Shown here: positions 40,223 through 53,800 of the stretch, piece by piece
How positions within the stretch are numbered: position 1 is the first letter of the stretch
Layout: each line of letters starts with the position of its first letter
Source: the human T2T-CHM13v2.0 reference genome, Homo sapiens
Assembly: GCF_009914755.1 (NCBI RefSeq)
Contig: NC_060937.1
Direction: 5' to 3' (one strand)
DNA: 64,000 nt
Notes under the pieces: generated by a model
What the model was told of the DNA's origin: nothing
Database searches by the model: none
The model's input: only the letters and a program-made list of their open reading frames with translations
Made by a program: the position numbers and the translations under genes

Positions 40223-40667
40223 CAAGGAGCACATTCATCCTAAATAGCCCAAAGACAGCTGACTCACTGATGCCACTGCTACTTCTTTTCAGGATACTGT
40301 AGGATCACCAATATCTGAGAGAGGAATTACTCATTAACACTCATAGCACACTGTGCACTTTACATATATCTATACTAAATATATAATACTATAATTATTT
40401 ATATTTATATATAGTCATTTTTACATATAATAGTACTAAATATAGTACTATAATTCAAACATTTTAAGATAATGCTACTAAACATATATATAAAGAGAGT
40501 ACTATATATATATTTAGTATAGATATATAATTTGCACAGTGTACTGTGATTATTGATGAGTAATTTCTCTTTCAGATATTGGTGATCCTACTGTATCCTG
40601 AAAAGAAGTAGCAGTGGCATCAGTGAGTCAACTGTCTTTGGGCTATTAGGGATAAATATGCTCCTTG
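40223..40667. repeat. long inverted repeat (~165-bp arms, ~105-bp AT-rich spacer)
   Basis: 40223-~40390 is the near reverse complement of ~40498-40667. Confidence 0.97.
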
Positions 40668-40669
40668 GG

Positions 40670-40870
40670 TAGTATAGTATAGTATAGTATAGTATAGTAT
40701 AGTATATAGTATAGTATATACTATAGTATATACTATAGTATATACTATAGTATATAGTATAGTATATACTATAGTATATAGTATAGTATATACTATAGTA
40801 TATAGTATAGTATAGTGTGGTATATATATATATATATATATATATATACCACACACACGTATATATGTGA
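40670..40870. repeat. (TAGTA)n / (TAGTATATACTA)n / (TA)n compound microsatellite
   Basis: Seen directly. Confidence 0.95.
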
Positions 40871-40899
40871 AATGTGTATATATAGTTCTCTACTTTTTT

Positions 40900-41690
40900 A
40901 ATGCCATTTTCTCTGAGACACTTTCATTCCTCCTTACTTCAACTAATTCTTCAAAATAAACATCAATAACTGACTCTTTTTGGAAACCTTTTCTAAATGC
41001 CTCCTTTTTTCTCAGCCTCAATTGAAGGATCATGCCTTTCTTCTTTATGCTATCATAGATTCTTATGCATACATCTAACCTCTGTTTTATGGCTATATAT
41101 TACTTGTGACATTTTATTTTGGCTTCTCAGTGAAATCAGAAGTATTCTGCACAAAGACTCAGTCTTGTTTACCACTGGGCCAAGAACAGAAATTGTTTAG
41201 AAATTAGAGGTACTTGCTGTTAAAAGTAATGTTAGCAGCTATTGGCATGAATTCCAACATTTGAATGACTTTTGAGAAAGTGATTTATTACTCATTTATG
41301 CAACATACAATTGATGGTAGAAGTTCTCTACTATTTATAGTCATTTAGGACCTGGCTGACCAACAAAATATCATGACTGTGTGTCCTAGAGTTGACATCT
41401 CACCACCAGACAGCAAAAGACTATAGAGGAGACTATGTGGTAGTTTTTTTTTTATTGACAAGCCAGAACTGGCGTTACATCTGCCAAGATTTCATTGGCC
41501 ATAACATAGTCACATGGCCATAACTAACCGTATGAAAAGTTGGAAAATAAACTCTAGCTATGTATCCAAGGAGAGAGGGAAAACAAGTTTTGGTAAATAC
41601 CTAGACAGGCTTTACCACAAAAGCATTTTGTAATTATTGATTGAATGAATGAATAAACAAAAGCATGAATAACTGAATGAATATATGAGT
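40900..41690 (+). mobile_element. L2 3' end interrupted by a MaLR LTR
   Basis: L2-like 3' text at 40900-41190 and (TGAA)n tail at 41635-41690. Confidence 0.55.
41215..41618 (-). mobile_element. MLT1J-like MaLR LTR
   Basis: ttcattggccataacatagtcacatggccata..ggagagagggaaaac..ggctttaccaca. Confidence 0.7.
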
Positions 41691-41874
41691 AAATAATCAA
41701 CATGGTCAAGATCCTTTGGAATTGCTGCCATTTCCTATTATTTCTTCAAACTTAAAGGCTTTGTGATACTTGAGTTGTACTGTTCCCTGCCGTAAAGCTG
41801 GACATAGCAAAGCTTAGAACAGAGAGAGCGAAAAAGACATCTCCCACTTTTTAAGTCTTATTTTATAATATTTA

Positions 41875-43260
41875 TTTATGTATTGTCTTTTTTAAATTTT
41901 ACTTTAAGTTCTAGGATACATGTGCACAACATGCAGGTTTGTTACGTATGTATACACGTGCCATGTTGGTTTGCTGCACCCATTAACTCGTCACTTACAT
42001 TAGGCATGATACTGGTACCAAAACAGAGATATAGACCAATGGAACAGAACAGAGCCCTCAGAAATAACACCACACCATCTGATCTTTGACAAACCTGACA
42101 AAAACAAGAAATGGGGAAAGAATTCCCTATTTAATAAATGGTGCTGGGAAAACTAGCTAGCCATATGTAGAAAGCTGAAACTGGATCCCTTCCTTACACC
42201 TTATACAAAAATTAATTTAAGGTGGACTAAAGACTTAAATGTTAGACCTAAAACCATAAAAACCCTAGAAGAAAACCTAGGCTATACTATTCAGGACATA
42301 GGCATCGGCAAGTACTTCATGACTAAAATAGCAAAAGCAACGGCAACAAAAGCCAAAATAGACAAATGGGATCTAATTAAACTAAAGAGCTTCTGCACAG
42401 CAAAAGAAACTACCATCAGAGTGAACAGGCAACCTGCAGAATGGGAGAAAATTTTTGCAATCTATCCATCTGACAAAGGGCTAATATCCAGAATCTACAA
42501 TGAACTCAAGCACATTTACAAGAAAAAATCAAACAACCCCACCAAAACGTGGGCAAAGGATATGAACAGACACTTTTCAAAAGAAGACATTTATGCAGCC
42601 AACACATGAAAAAATGCTCATCATCACTGGTCATCAGAGAAATGCAAATCAAAACCACAATGAAACACCATCTCACACCAGTTAGAATGGTGATCATTAA
42701 AAAGTTAGGAAACAACAGGTGCTGGAGAGGATATGGAGAAATAGGAACGCTTTTACACTGTTGGTGGAAGTGTAAACTAGTTCAACCATTGTGGAAGACA
42801 GTGTGGCAATTCCTCAGGGATCTAGAACTAGAAATACCATTTGATCCAGCCATCCCATTACTGGGTATATACCCAAAGGATTATAAATCATGCTACTATA
42901 AAGACACATGCACACATATGTTTATTGTGGCACCATTCACAATAGCAAAGACTTGGAACCAACCCATATGTCTGCCAATGATAGACTGGATTAAGAAAAT
43001 GTGGCACATATACACCATGGAATACTATGCAGCCATAAAAAAGGATGAGTTCATGTCCTTTGTAGCAACATGGATGAGGCTGGAAACTGTCATTCTGAGC
43101 AAACTATCACAAGGACAGAATACCAAACACCACATGTTCTCACTCATAGGTGGGAATTGAACAATGAGAACACTTGGACACAGGGCAGGGAACATCACAC
43201 ACCAGGGCCTGTCATGGGATGAGGGGATGGAGGAGGAATAGCATTAGGAGAAATACCTAA
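41875..43260 (-). mobile_element. 5'-truncated, 5'-inverted L1PA (L1PA5-7-like)
   Basis: 41875-42004 is the antisense 3' terminus; 42005-43260 is sense ORF2 C-terminus plus 3'UTR (ORF 42549-43160 has [29 protein letters not shown]); TSD-like (t/c)ataatattta. Confidence 0.93.
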
Positions 43261-44589
43261 CATAATATTTAAAATCATAATATTTAAATGATACATTAAG
43301 CACTTCACATAAATCATCAGTTCTCAAAAAATGCTAAGTAAACATTATCATTATTTTTCAGATAAGAATATAGAATATGTAGGGTATCGAGGTTGTTTTT
43401 CCCAGACTACTTCGCTAAAATCAGGGGTCTATTTGAACTCAAAACCTGTCTGGTCTCAAAACCAATGTGTTCCCCTTTAAGATACAATAGGATTACATCT
43501 TCTGCCATCTAACGTTCCCAAGAGTACAGCGACTAGCTTTCAGTGTTATATTCTAAATAATATTCATAAAGAAGTAAAGTTGTTCTCTGATTTTTTAAGC
43601 TATTCTGAAAACCATCATGGATTATAAATTAAGCTATCCTGATAAACGTCATAAAATATCAGAAAAGAAGCAAGATGATCACAACTTCACAATATGTTGT
43701 AGTGTATTTAGAAATTATAATAATATTTGACATTGATATTTTACAACTGAGTGTCAGTTTTAATAAGAGCTGGGGAAACAGATGTACTGTGATGTCTGTG
43801 TTTCTTTTGTAGTTCTAAGCATTTTGGAGCTTTCTTTGGAAAAATAAAACATCAAAATCTTGACGTGTTACCTCCTTAATCCACTATCTTTTGCATCTGT
43901 CCCTATGGGAGATTAGAAAATAACACCTTGCCAGATACACGTGTCAATTTTCAGAGGAATTCTACATCTTCCTGCACACATGACTCTATTAACACTGGCA
44001 AGGGATGAAGTGGAACAAAGACAAATAAATAATTAAGACATTTCTATCTTAATGTGATGTCATAAATTGATTCTTACTTAGAATAAAGAGGATTTTGTCA
44101 CAGAAGTAAAGACTATGTTCCACGAAGTATGTATTAAACATTATATACACGTGGAAGGTGTATTAAATTAAAGTTACAATGCCATTAGATGGAATTTCTA
44201 AACTACCAATGCATTATCATGCCAAGAATTGAAAATAATTTGAGATTATTCAGGCATTTGGAGAAATTGGCCAATCACTGATCTTAAGTATTTGATATTA
44301 AAGCATTTTTCAAGACATAGCAGAGGATACAAGAACATGTATGCTATATACTGTATATCAGAAAGCAGAAACTTATTTGAAAATATAACCACTCATAATC
44401 AATATTAAAAAAGAAATTTATTATAAAACATTATTATAGTTAAAACACTTAGGAATAAACACTATGTAGAAATGTTATTTTGTAAATAACACAAAAATTA
44501 TTGAGATGGTTCCTCTCCTCCACAGATGAATTGGTATTAAGCCTACTAACTACAAAAACTGAGTAAGAAAAATTTCATGGAGAATGAGG

Positions 44590-45080
44590 ACAATAATTTA
44601 TTTATTCTATAATACTTAGTGAGTACCTATGATGTATAAAACATTTATTAGATATATTGATGCAGACATCTCAGTGCTTGAAACATATTGATGAACACAA
44701 GTGAAACAAAATAATAAAAATACAAAAAACCAAACACCGCATGTTCTCACTCACACGTGGGAATTGAACAATGAGAACACATGGACACAGGAAGGGGAAC
44801 GTCACACACCGGGGTCTGTTGTGGGGTGGGGGGAGAGGGGAGGGATAGCATTAGGAGATATACCTAATGTAAATGACGGGTTAATGGGTGCAGCACACCA
44901 ACATGGCACATGTACACATATGCAACATACCTGCATGTTGTGCACATGTACCCTAAAACTTAAAGTATAATAAAAAATATATAAAAAGACAAGTGTAATT
45001 ATCAAAGTTTATATTTTGTAGATGGTGGAAGAGATAATTGAAGCAACCCCGGCTCTTTGAAAATGTCCTTAAATAGCTGA
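44590..45080 (-). mobile_element. L2 3' fragment interrupted by L1PA
   Basis: tttattctataatacttagtgagtacctatgatgt.. resembles antisense L2 3' end. Confidence 0.45.
44724..44978 (+). mobile_element. short L1PA (PA3/PA4-like) 3' end
   Basis: caaacaccgcatgttctcactca..gtggggtggggggagaggggagggatagc..ccctaaaacttaaagtataataaaaa. Confidence 0.95.
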
Positions 45081-46148
45081 ACGGTGAATGTCCAAGACCT
45101 TCTGTAGAATTTTGTTAAATTCTCAGGAGCCTAGTTTTCTCAAGGTACTCCCTTCTATTTGACTTGTTACTTTGAGGAGTCGGGCAGGGGGAGAGATTGA
45201 GACAGAGAGGAGTTTGCTTACAAAAAGCATGCAGAATCATTGATTGACTAATAACATGAACGAATTCTATATATTTTAGTATTTCAACACAATGTTAATT
45301 CTGGAAATCTCAGTCACTTCTGAATGTAAAAAACTCAAATTAAAGATTTAAAAAATAAGTTTACAGACAGGCATTATTTTATTGAAAAACAGATACTGTA
45401 GTACTTGAGTACTTTCTGGCATTTCCCTATATTATTCTTTAACAGAACCCTGGTTTAGATTGAAGTGCAAAGTTAATATGCTTGGGAATAAATAATAACT
45501 GATCGAATTTGAATTTTACCAGTGATTGATCTAAGGATGGAATTCGGCTGGCTGTTTGCTACATGATAGCTAGAGCTAAAGCCTCCCCATTGCATAATAG
45601 GCGATACGCTTCACAATCAAAGCCAATATCTAGGGGAGATTGAAGCAAGTCTGTAACTTTTAGAAACTGAAGAAAACTCTAGTCTGTCTGCTTCCTGGTA
45701 TCACAAAAAATAAAAAATACGTTTCTATCGTTAGACCCATTCATAGTCTGACTAAAAACATCACATCCTCATCTGTATTGCGGCAAGGAATTGTATTAAA
45801 TCCAAGAGGCTCTAGTTTCCTTAGAGGCAAGATGAAGCTAAAACAACATGTTAAATTAACTCATAGGAAGAATATAAAATAAAGCACTTAATTTAATTAT
45901 TCATTCATGTGTTCATCTTTACTCATTACAAAGAATAAAGCAGAGGATAAGACTTGTTTAAGATATTTACTAAACAGAGAGAACACTCTAAATATTTGTG
46001 AATTATAACAAATTATTATTAACAATAAGTGAAATTAGGAATATGGACTTCTTATATAAATTATTAGCTTCTTTCTTTTAGGAAAGTGAAACAATTTCTT
46101 TTCACAACCTCAAACATAAAATCCTGTTCTCTTCAGATTTACACAGAT

Positions 46149-47551
46149 CAGTGGGCTTCAAATTTTGACTTCCATAATACCTTTACAATCTTAAAAGTTA
46201 TTGAAGGCCTCAAATAGTTGTATTTGTGTTATATTTGTTATATAGTAATAAAATAGAGATATTTAATTTTTCATTTGTCATTTAAAATGTCAACAATAAT
46301 AAATGTATTGACCTAAATAATGCATTTTATGATATTTTCCAAATTTTAAAAAAAGTTATTGCAAACAACATCACTGTTTTGCATTTTTTGCAAGTATCTT
46401 TAGTTTCTGGCTTAATAAAGGAAAGCAGTTCTCTCATATCAGTTTCTACGCTATGTTGAGATATGCTGTTTACGGAATAGTATATAAATATAATCCATCC
46501 TTACATACATTTGTATTTGAAAAAGGTTGGTCTTTTCAGATAATTGTAAAAATTCTTCTTTGATACCATACCAAAACTCAACAAGTGATAGTTTCTTAAA
46601 ATTTAGTTGAAACTTGAAACCTGAAATCGTCTGAACTTGCTGAAATTTGTTACATTTAAATGCATTATTCTATATTACCCTTTGACTGGTATTTTACCCA
46701 CACATGAATGTGTAATATTACACATTGGTCATTGGGAAACTATGTGCTTACATACTCACACATAATGTCTGAATTTTGACATATTCCCTTACAGTATGTT
46801 AAAACTGATATCAGCGTTCAACTCCTCAGAGGTTTCTTTAAGTCGAGAAGCTGTCAAGATCATGCATACAGATATAACTTTTCACAGACTCTAAAGTTTA
46901 CATAAAAGCTTGAATTTTATCATTAGAAAAAAAAATACTGTGAATTGTTTTTCTTGAAATGGAAGACTCACTTAGTTTATTTGAAAGAAAATTCTGCTAA
47001 ATACCTAGATGTAAATAACCATAGTCTTTCTATCAGTTGTTGTTACAAGTAAAAATGGTGTTTCATGAGAATACTAACTAGTTTGTCTTTCAACCCAAAG
47101 AAAAATCACAAGCGCTTTTCCTGAAGGCAACCATTATACTTTGCAGGAAAAGTACATCATGTATTTCTTCCATTTCATCACTCAGTATATGAAAATATTA
47201 CATACATAAAGGCTGTGATTTAATAACATTGATTATATTTACATTTAATTAAGGACATTATTCAATAAAACTCTTTTGTTGTTTTTAGTATGTCTTTCCC
47301 ATGCTCCCTTCCTTCAAAGTATGGAGTGAATAATTCAATGACTACTAGTGCAGTTTAATGCCACTACCTTTATAATCAGTCATCAGGAGTTTTACCCCAC
47401 CACTATTTTACACCATCATTGGAAATAACAACAGAGCAAAGCAAAAGGGAAATCACATTTTAGCATTAGTATGAATGTACTTTGATCTCAGGAAACTGAA
47501 TGGTCCCTAGGTCCATTTACAGGTTCACAAACTGTCCTCAAAACATTCCCG
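46149..47551. mobile_element. Charlie1a-like hAT DNA transposon
   Basis: Starts CAGTGGGCTTCAAATTTT..CCTTTACAATCTTAAAAGTTATTGAAGG; ~1.4 kb; Charlie1-like body and degenerate right terminus. Confidence 0.8.
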
Positions 47552-49184
47552 ATATAAAGCAGCACATAAATGTAATGGTATATAATAGATTTATTTGATC
47601 ACTTAATAGATAGCCTTATTCATAGTAACCAACTTAAAATATTCAATTTAATTGACATGAATTACAAATTAAATAATGGAACAATTACATTTTCTAAAGG
47701 GTGAATAAACTTCTTTGAGAAAAGAAAATGAAAGATTTGTTTCACATTATTTTGATTTTGATTCCAGATCAGCAATTTCTAGAACAAAAATTGTTTCATG
47801 GTTAAAGCTTCAATTTACCTGCAATTCAATATACCAAACAACAAATTCCAAGTTTCAATTTCACTGCTATTACATATGTGCAATTGAGTGTCTTGAAATA
47901 CAACACATATTTATTCTTTAGCTTATAAGAAATCAGAACAATGCAAAATATACTTCTCATAAAATGGAAGGTCTATACCAATGAAGCATACTTCTGGATG
48001 TAATCAAAATTAGTTTACATAACTTTAGGTACTGCAAAACAAAAACCTCAACATATGTTATAAATGTTGATACACAAACTATAGATTTGTTTAAAGGCTT
48101 CTATATGCTTCTTTGAAGTTGAGAATTCTAACATGTACAGTGCATTCTTTAGTATAATTGCAAATGATGGTTTACAATATGAATTTGATAATCAATTATA
48201 GACACCAAATCCATAAGCCATATTATGTAATCAGTGGTCAAAGATAAATACTTTGAAGAATATGCTTTACATTTCAGATTCTAATTAATGTAGCATATTG
48301 ATCCTAACTATATGCATGTTCAAGAGCTGTTAAGGATTCACTTTTAAAAAGATGATTCTCTAAAATGATTTAGAGGAATATTTGCAAGTGAAATTTTTAT
48401 TTATTTTTATCTACAATAAAACCAATTAAAGCAGTATTTCCTTTTAAATATTCATAAGTAATGCATCTCTGAGTAATAATGAGAAATAGAACAGATGACA
48501 GCCTGATTTTATGCAACTATGCAATTAAAATAATTTGCTCTGGCTGTTTTCATAGGATAGAAATCACATAACCTTACTTCTTTACAATTTCAATTAGACC
48601 TCTAATTAATTGATGCCAAATTCCTTTGCTATCTTATGTAGAAATAATATGAATATAATAAAGATGTATTTTACATGGAATTATAAAATACAATAGTCAT
48701 TTCGATATACACACAATTCTAAGAAATAATAGGTAGCAGAAAAATTAGTACTCTACCATATTATTCTTACTACCTTTACTTTTCAATCTGTGTGTTGCTA
48801 TACCCTGTGAAATAGTTTACATTTGCTGTTTCTCTAGGGGGTGAAATCCAGAATTCTGTGACAGTGGATTGTAAGAAACATTACCAATAATAAAGTTATT
48901 TTACCATTATGTTTATTTTGTCTCATAACCTCTGAAAATTTGATATCATTTGTCTTGTCAAATGTTGATCCAATTGCTACTATTATATCTATTTTTCCTA
49001 CATTAATTATTGATTCATAAGTAGCAGAAAGAAAATGATGCTTTGTCTAAATTCTTCCACTTAAAAGCCAAATCACATGGAAATTTTATGTAAAACATAT
49101 GACTTATTCATTATATTTTCATCATTTTTATGAATGAGTAGTGGAGTGTATGAAAAAATAAAGAATCTTTATGGTCAATATGTT

Positions 49185-50330
49185 TGGATTAATGTTTATT
49201 GAACACCTACTTAATCTTCAATGCATTGGATACTGAAGAACAGATTGAAGCCCTGCACCAAGATAATTACAGCCTAATGGAGAAGACAAGCATTTATCAA
49301 ATATTCACACAATTTAATATCAAGATACACCCACAATATGTATTTCTGGCCGTACATGGTTTTATTAGAAACTGTAATTGGAGATTACTTTAGGAAGATA
49401 CAATTAAACTAAAACCAAAACTATGGAAACAAGTTTATTGTCTAGCTAATTTAAAGGAGTTTTACACCCAGATGGAACGGCATGGACAAACACACTTTGG
49501 CAGGAGAAACTGAAAGGTAGCCAGAGAGACTGCAGTGGAGAGGTAAGAGATGACAATTCATGGGGGAGGGAGTATTGAAGACAGACAAAGGAAGTTTTTA
49601 GAACTTGGTGACAAATTAGATTTGGAATCCAATAAGGCTCCTAAGTTTCTGGCTTACACAATTATCCAAATTCACTGAGATATGAGCTATTGGAAGAGAA
49701 TCAAGTTTTCTCTTCTGGAGCGAAGAGGAGGAAAGGCAGTATGGAAGGGAGAATGAAAGTCAGCAATTTGTTTGTATAATTGAAGTTTCATTTGCCCTTA
49801 AAATATCTAAAAAGTACTATGAATTGGAATTAATATAAGTTTGGAATTCAGTGGAGAGATTTTGGTTTCATAGGTAAATTTGTGTCATCTTTATAGAAAT
49901 AAATGTTGTAACTCTGGGCTTCAAGGATTAATAGTGACAGGGGAAGAGGTCCTAAGACTAAGACTTGGGGAACTCTAGGAGATTGAGTCTGAAAAGGAAG
50001 ACAGGCAGGTTAAGAGTGAAGGAGTAGCCCCAGGAGAGTGTTGTGTTACAGAAGCCACTTTCTTCTGTTTTCAGAAGGAGAGAAATCAGTAGTGTGAATT
50101 CCACAGAGAGATGAATTAAATGAGGTTTAAAGACACAGAAGCCAGATAAAACATTTATGTGAGGGTTATTAAAAATGTGGTAGACTGAAAGCCATTTCAG
50201 AGTGGTTTCTTCAAGAGATGGAAGGTGATACAACACACAGAATAACCCTAGAAAGATTGAATTAAAGGATAGTTTAAAAGGAAGAGCTTTAATCCAAGAG
50301 ATCATTATGGGTAACATATTTTTCAATAAT
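49185..50330 (-). mobile_element. L2 (L2a-like) fragment
   Basis: atgtttattgaacacctact..acagcctaatggagaagacaagc..tcctaagtttctggctt..gtgttgtgttacagaagcca. Confidence 0.8.
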
Positions 50331-50336
50331 GCAAGT

Positions 50337-50854
50337 AGTGCTGGTTAATTATTTGTGTCTACTTGGCTAGGTTAAGGGATGCCCAGAAAGCTGGTCAAAC
50401 ATTATTTCTGGGTGTATTTATCAAGTTATTTTGAAAAATATTAGCATTTGAATCAGTAAACTAAATAAAAAAATTGCCATCACCAGTGTGGACTGACATC
50501 ATCCAGCCCCACCAAGGCCTAGCTAGAACAAAATGTCAGAGGGAGGGTGAATTCTCTGTCTCTCCTTGAGCTAAAACTTTCATCTTCTTTTGCTCTTGGA
50601 TGTCAGAGCTCCTGGTTCTTGGGCCTTCAGACTCTGAGACTTCCACCAGAAGCCCCCTTAGTTCTCAGGTCTTTGGACTTGGCCTGAATCACACTATAGA
50701 TTTACTGTTTCTTCAGCTTGAAGATGTCATATCAAGGGACTTCTTGGCTTACATAACTGCAATATCCAATTGCCATAATAAATTTTCTCTTTTATATGTA
50801 TCTATGTATAGCCCATCCTACATATATCCAATGTCTCAGTAGAATTGTAATACA
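50337..50854 (+). mobile_element. solo MLT2 (ERV-L) LTR, MLT2B/C-like
   Basis: ggttaatt..acttggctaggttaagggatgcccaga..gctggtcaaacattatttctgggtgt..aataaa..taataca. Confidence 0.88.
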
Positions 50855-53800
50855 TCAGCTTTATGTTCTAAGATTGGGTAAAAATATAAATAGTTCTCAA
50901 TGATTAGACAGCTAGCATACATTAACAATAATATATAGAAAAAGCTAGACGATAAATGTTTAGGGTTTGGAAAATTAGGACTTCTGACTTGGCAGAGTAT
51001 TTTGTTTTTTGTTTAATCACACTTTTTTTAAATATAATATTTTGCCAGTATGATATACATTAAGCCATTTGATTTAGCAACTTACATTAAAGTTAATGTA
51101 ATAGCATTTGTATCACTTTTAATACAGATATAATATAATTAGTATATCCTGCAAAAAATATTACTTCCAAGAATAACTTAGCATTTCATGAAAGCCTCAG
51201 AATACTGATCCATTGCTGGAACTCTAGTATTGCATGTAACTAGATTTCGTTTAGAATTTTGATTATTAATCATATACTTTAAACTATTAATCTTCCTGTA
51301 GTATAGAAGTTTAGATGACTTTTGCATATCTGATACACATATTTATATAAATGTACGTATATAGGCATACACAGTTTTATAATATCTGTTGGATAAACAT
51401 ACCTTTATTACCTTTTTGTCAGGTATGATATAGGAGATAGGCTACATTTAATCATTTGTGGACATTTTATTTTTAATAAGTTTTTTTATGTCAAGCATGT
51501 GACATTTTACTTTTCATAAAGGTGAATATCATTTCACCTTTACTTAGATTTATCTCATTATTTTCTGCTTTGGAATTAAAATTTGAAATTTATTTTTCGA
51601 GGAGAAAATCAACAGTGCACTCTGCATACTAAAATATACTAAAACAGAGATTTGAAAAGTGTACTATAATTTATAACACAATGAGGCAAGGAAAGGTGAA
51701 TCTAGACAGTCAGGACACAAAACAAGGAGATAGGGAATGAGAGTTCCTACTGGGACAAACTAATCTGGACTGACTGCCACACTGCATACACTTCAACTGA
51801 TCATTAAATTTGAAGATTAATTGTTTTGAATTACAGGAAACTCTAACTACATAGCAGAAAACAGTACCTGAAAGTTAAAAAAAAAAACAGACAAAATGTA
51901 GTTTATGTAGAACAATATTTGGCATTTGAAAAATCCAGTAGAAAAATGGGGTAGAGTTGGACCTTGACAGAATAGTGATAACGACTGGGTGGACAGTTGC
52001 TGCTTCTCAGCAACCAAGATAGGTTTCAAGAACAAAACTCAAGTTTCTGGACACTGGGAATTTTCAAGACATATGAGGGCCTACAACTATGGAATAACAT
52101 GAATTATTAATATGGAGCATTGGCCCAGGTGTATAAGACAGGAATTTAATACCATGGCTGGAACAAAATGGCTCCAATTTGGAGAAACTAACAGACCTAA
52201 ATGCATATCTCGATTATCAAAATTAAACTAAAGTTCTTATTTAAAGATAAAAACTTTTTAGAAGCCTAATGTGTTCTATTTGGTAGTCTCACTGGCCCAA
52301 AATCCTTGAGGCTTTTTCCTAGGAGGCCCATGTAAGGATGTTACAGCAAGATTGTAAGGATTTTACATGAGGCTTTCCTAGGAGGAGGTACAGGTTATAA
52401 GGAATTGCGACAGCACAGACTGAGGAATGGGATGTTCTTAGTCAAGTTTCTGAGGTTAAAACCTGCTTGACATTTCATAATTTTCGTTGTGGAAACCTTA
52501 GTATAATGGATGACTCCCATTTATACCGGATGGTGAAGATTAATGAAATGTTGTCTTGGAAACAGAAAGTCAGTGAATATCTTTTACAACTCTGTGCACA
52601 CTTCATCTCCCCAACCTATAGAAATAATAAAAACCTTCTGTTTATTGCATTGCAAAAACAAAAGTTACAATAAGCAAATTAGGGATATATTATCTAAAGA
52701 GATACAAACAATATTCTAGTCTACCATTAGTATGATGTATAAAAAGTATAAGTTATGATTTAGTATTTTTCAGACATGTGATGAGAATAACACCAAAAGT
52801 AGGGGTATAGCTCTCTTCTGTCAAGTTATGTGTGATCGTGAGTATTTCTTAAAAACAAAAAGAAAAAAGAAAGTAACCCCTTAAGGTGCCTAATTTGCTA
52901 ATAAGTTGTCACCTATTAAAAAAAACAGTTCTCACCATCTAGAAAGTTTTCAATTAAACAAAAATGTAGAATTATTTGAGTATACACATATCTACTTATT
53001 ATTTTTCAAGGATGCACCTTGTAGTAAGCACAGATCTCTCAGTTATGCTTTTCTTTTCCTGAAAATTCCAACTCAAAATATATCCTAAACAATATGGCTA
53101 TCAATGGTCTTATTCATTAAAAATTTCAAAAAATATATGTTTCTCTGTTTAATTCATCAAAGCCAAAGCTTTTTTCACCTTTATATTCAATCAAAGTTAT
53201 GATGGGCTTTTATTTTCATTCTACTTGATTTACAATTGGTATAGGGGTACAACAAAGCAAAACATTGTTGAATCTTCATCCCATCTATAAGGATAGTCCA
53301 ATATGTGTCCTCTGAAACCTCACTGATGGAAATTGTGTCACATAATTATTGTCTGGCTTAAGCTAGTCAAAATCCAACCACTCATCTTGGAAGGAGGGAG
53401 CCAACATCCTCTGTAGCGTCTAGCCTTCAAATTACAACAAAGTCAGAGAGCAGTGCACAAGGAATAAGGTAAAGTACATGTTGCCTGCCATGCCAGTTTA
53501 ACCTTTAAGCTGAGTCTGTAATTTTGCATTATTTATTCCTTCTTTCTTCCAAATTCTTGTCTTCGACCAGATCAGTCACAAGATAATAAGACTGACAAGG
53601 CCCCTGTGAAGTAAAGTTACTCAATAATGACAGACAACTGCTCCATTCTTGTTTTGCCACCATTCTCTTATGTAAAAACTAAGGTGATTAAGCCATTAAA
53701 TTGCAATCATGAAAATTAAAATTGCTTTGAAGACAAAAGCAGTTATTGGCCATCATATTTTTACACAGTGATTCGTATTAAGAGAGAGAATATAGATCAT

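Noticed and set aside
40588-40856. Tyr/Ile/Thr-rich ORFs
   Set aside because: Translation of the TAGTA microsatellite
42319-43160. 96-aa and 203-aa ORFs with clear protein similarity
   Set aside because: Frameshifted L1 ORF2 C-terminus from a truncated insertion, not a host gene
30337-50854. Two same-strand MLT2 LTRs (30430 and 50337) as the ends of one provirus
   Set aside because: About 20 kb apart, different in sequence, no ERV-L internal sequence between them, and the first is already the 3' LTR of the upstream remnant
51517-51542. 10-bp stem taaaggtgaa/ttcaccttta
   Set aside because: Short and AT-rich; compatible with chance
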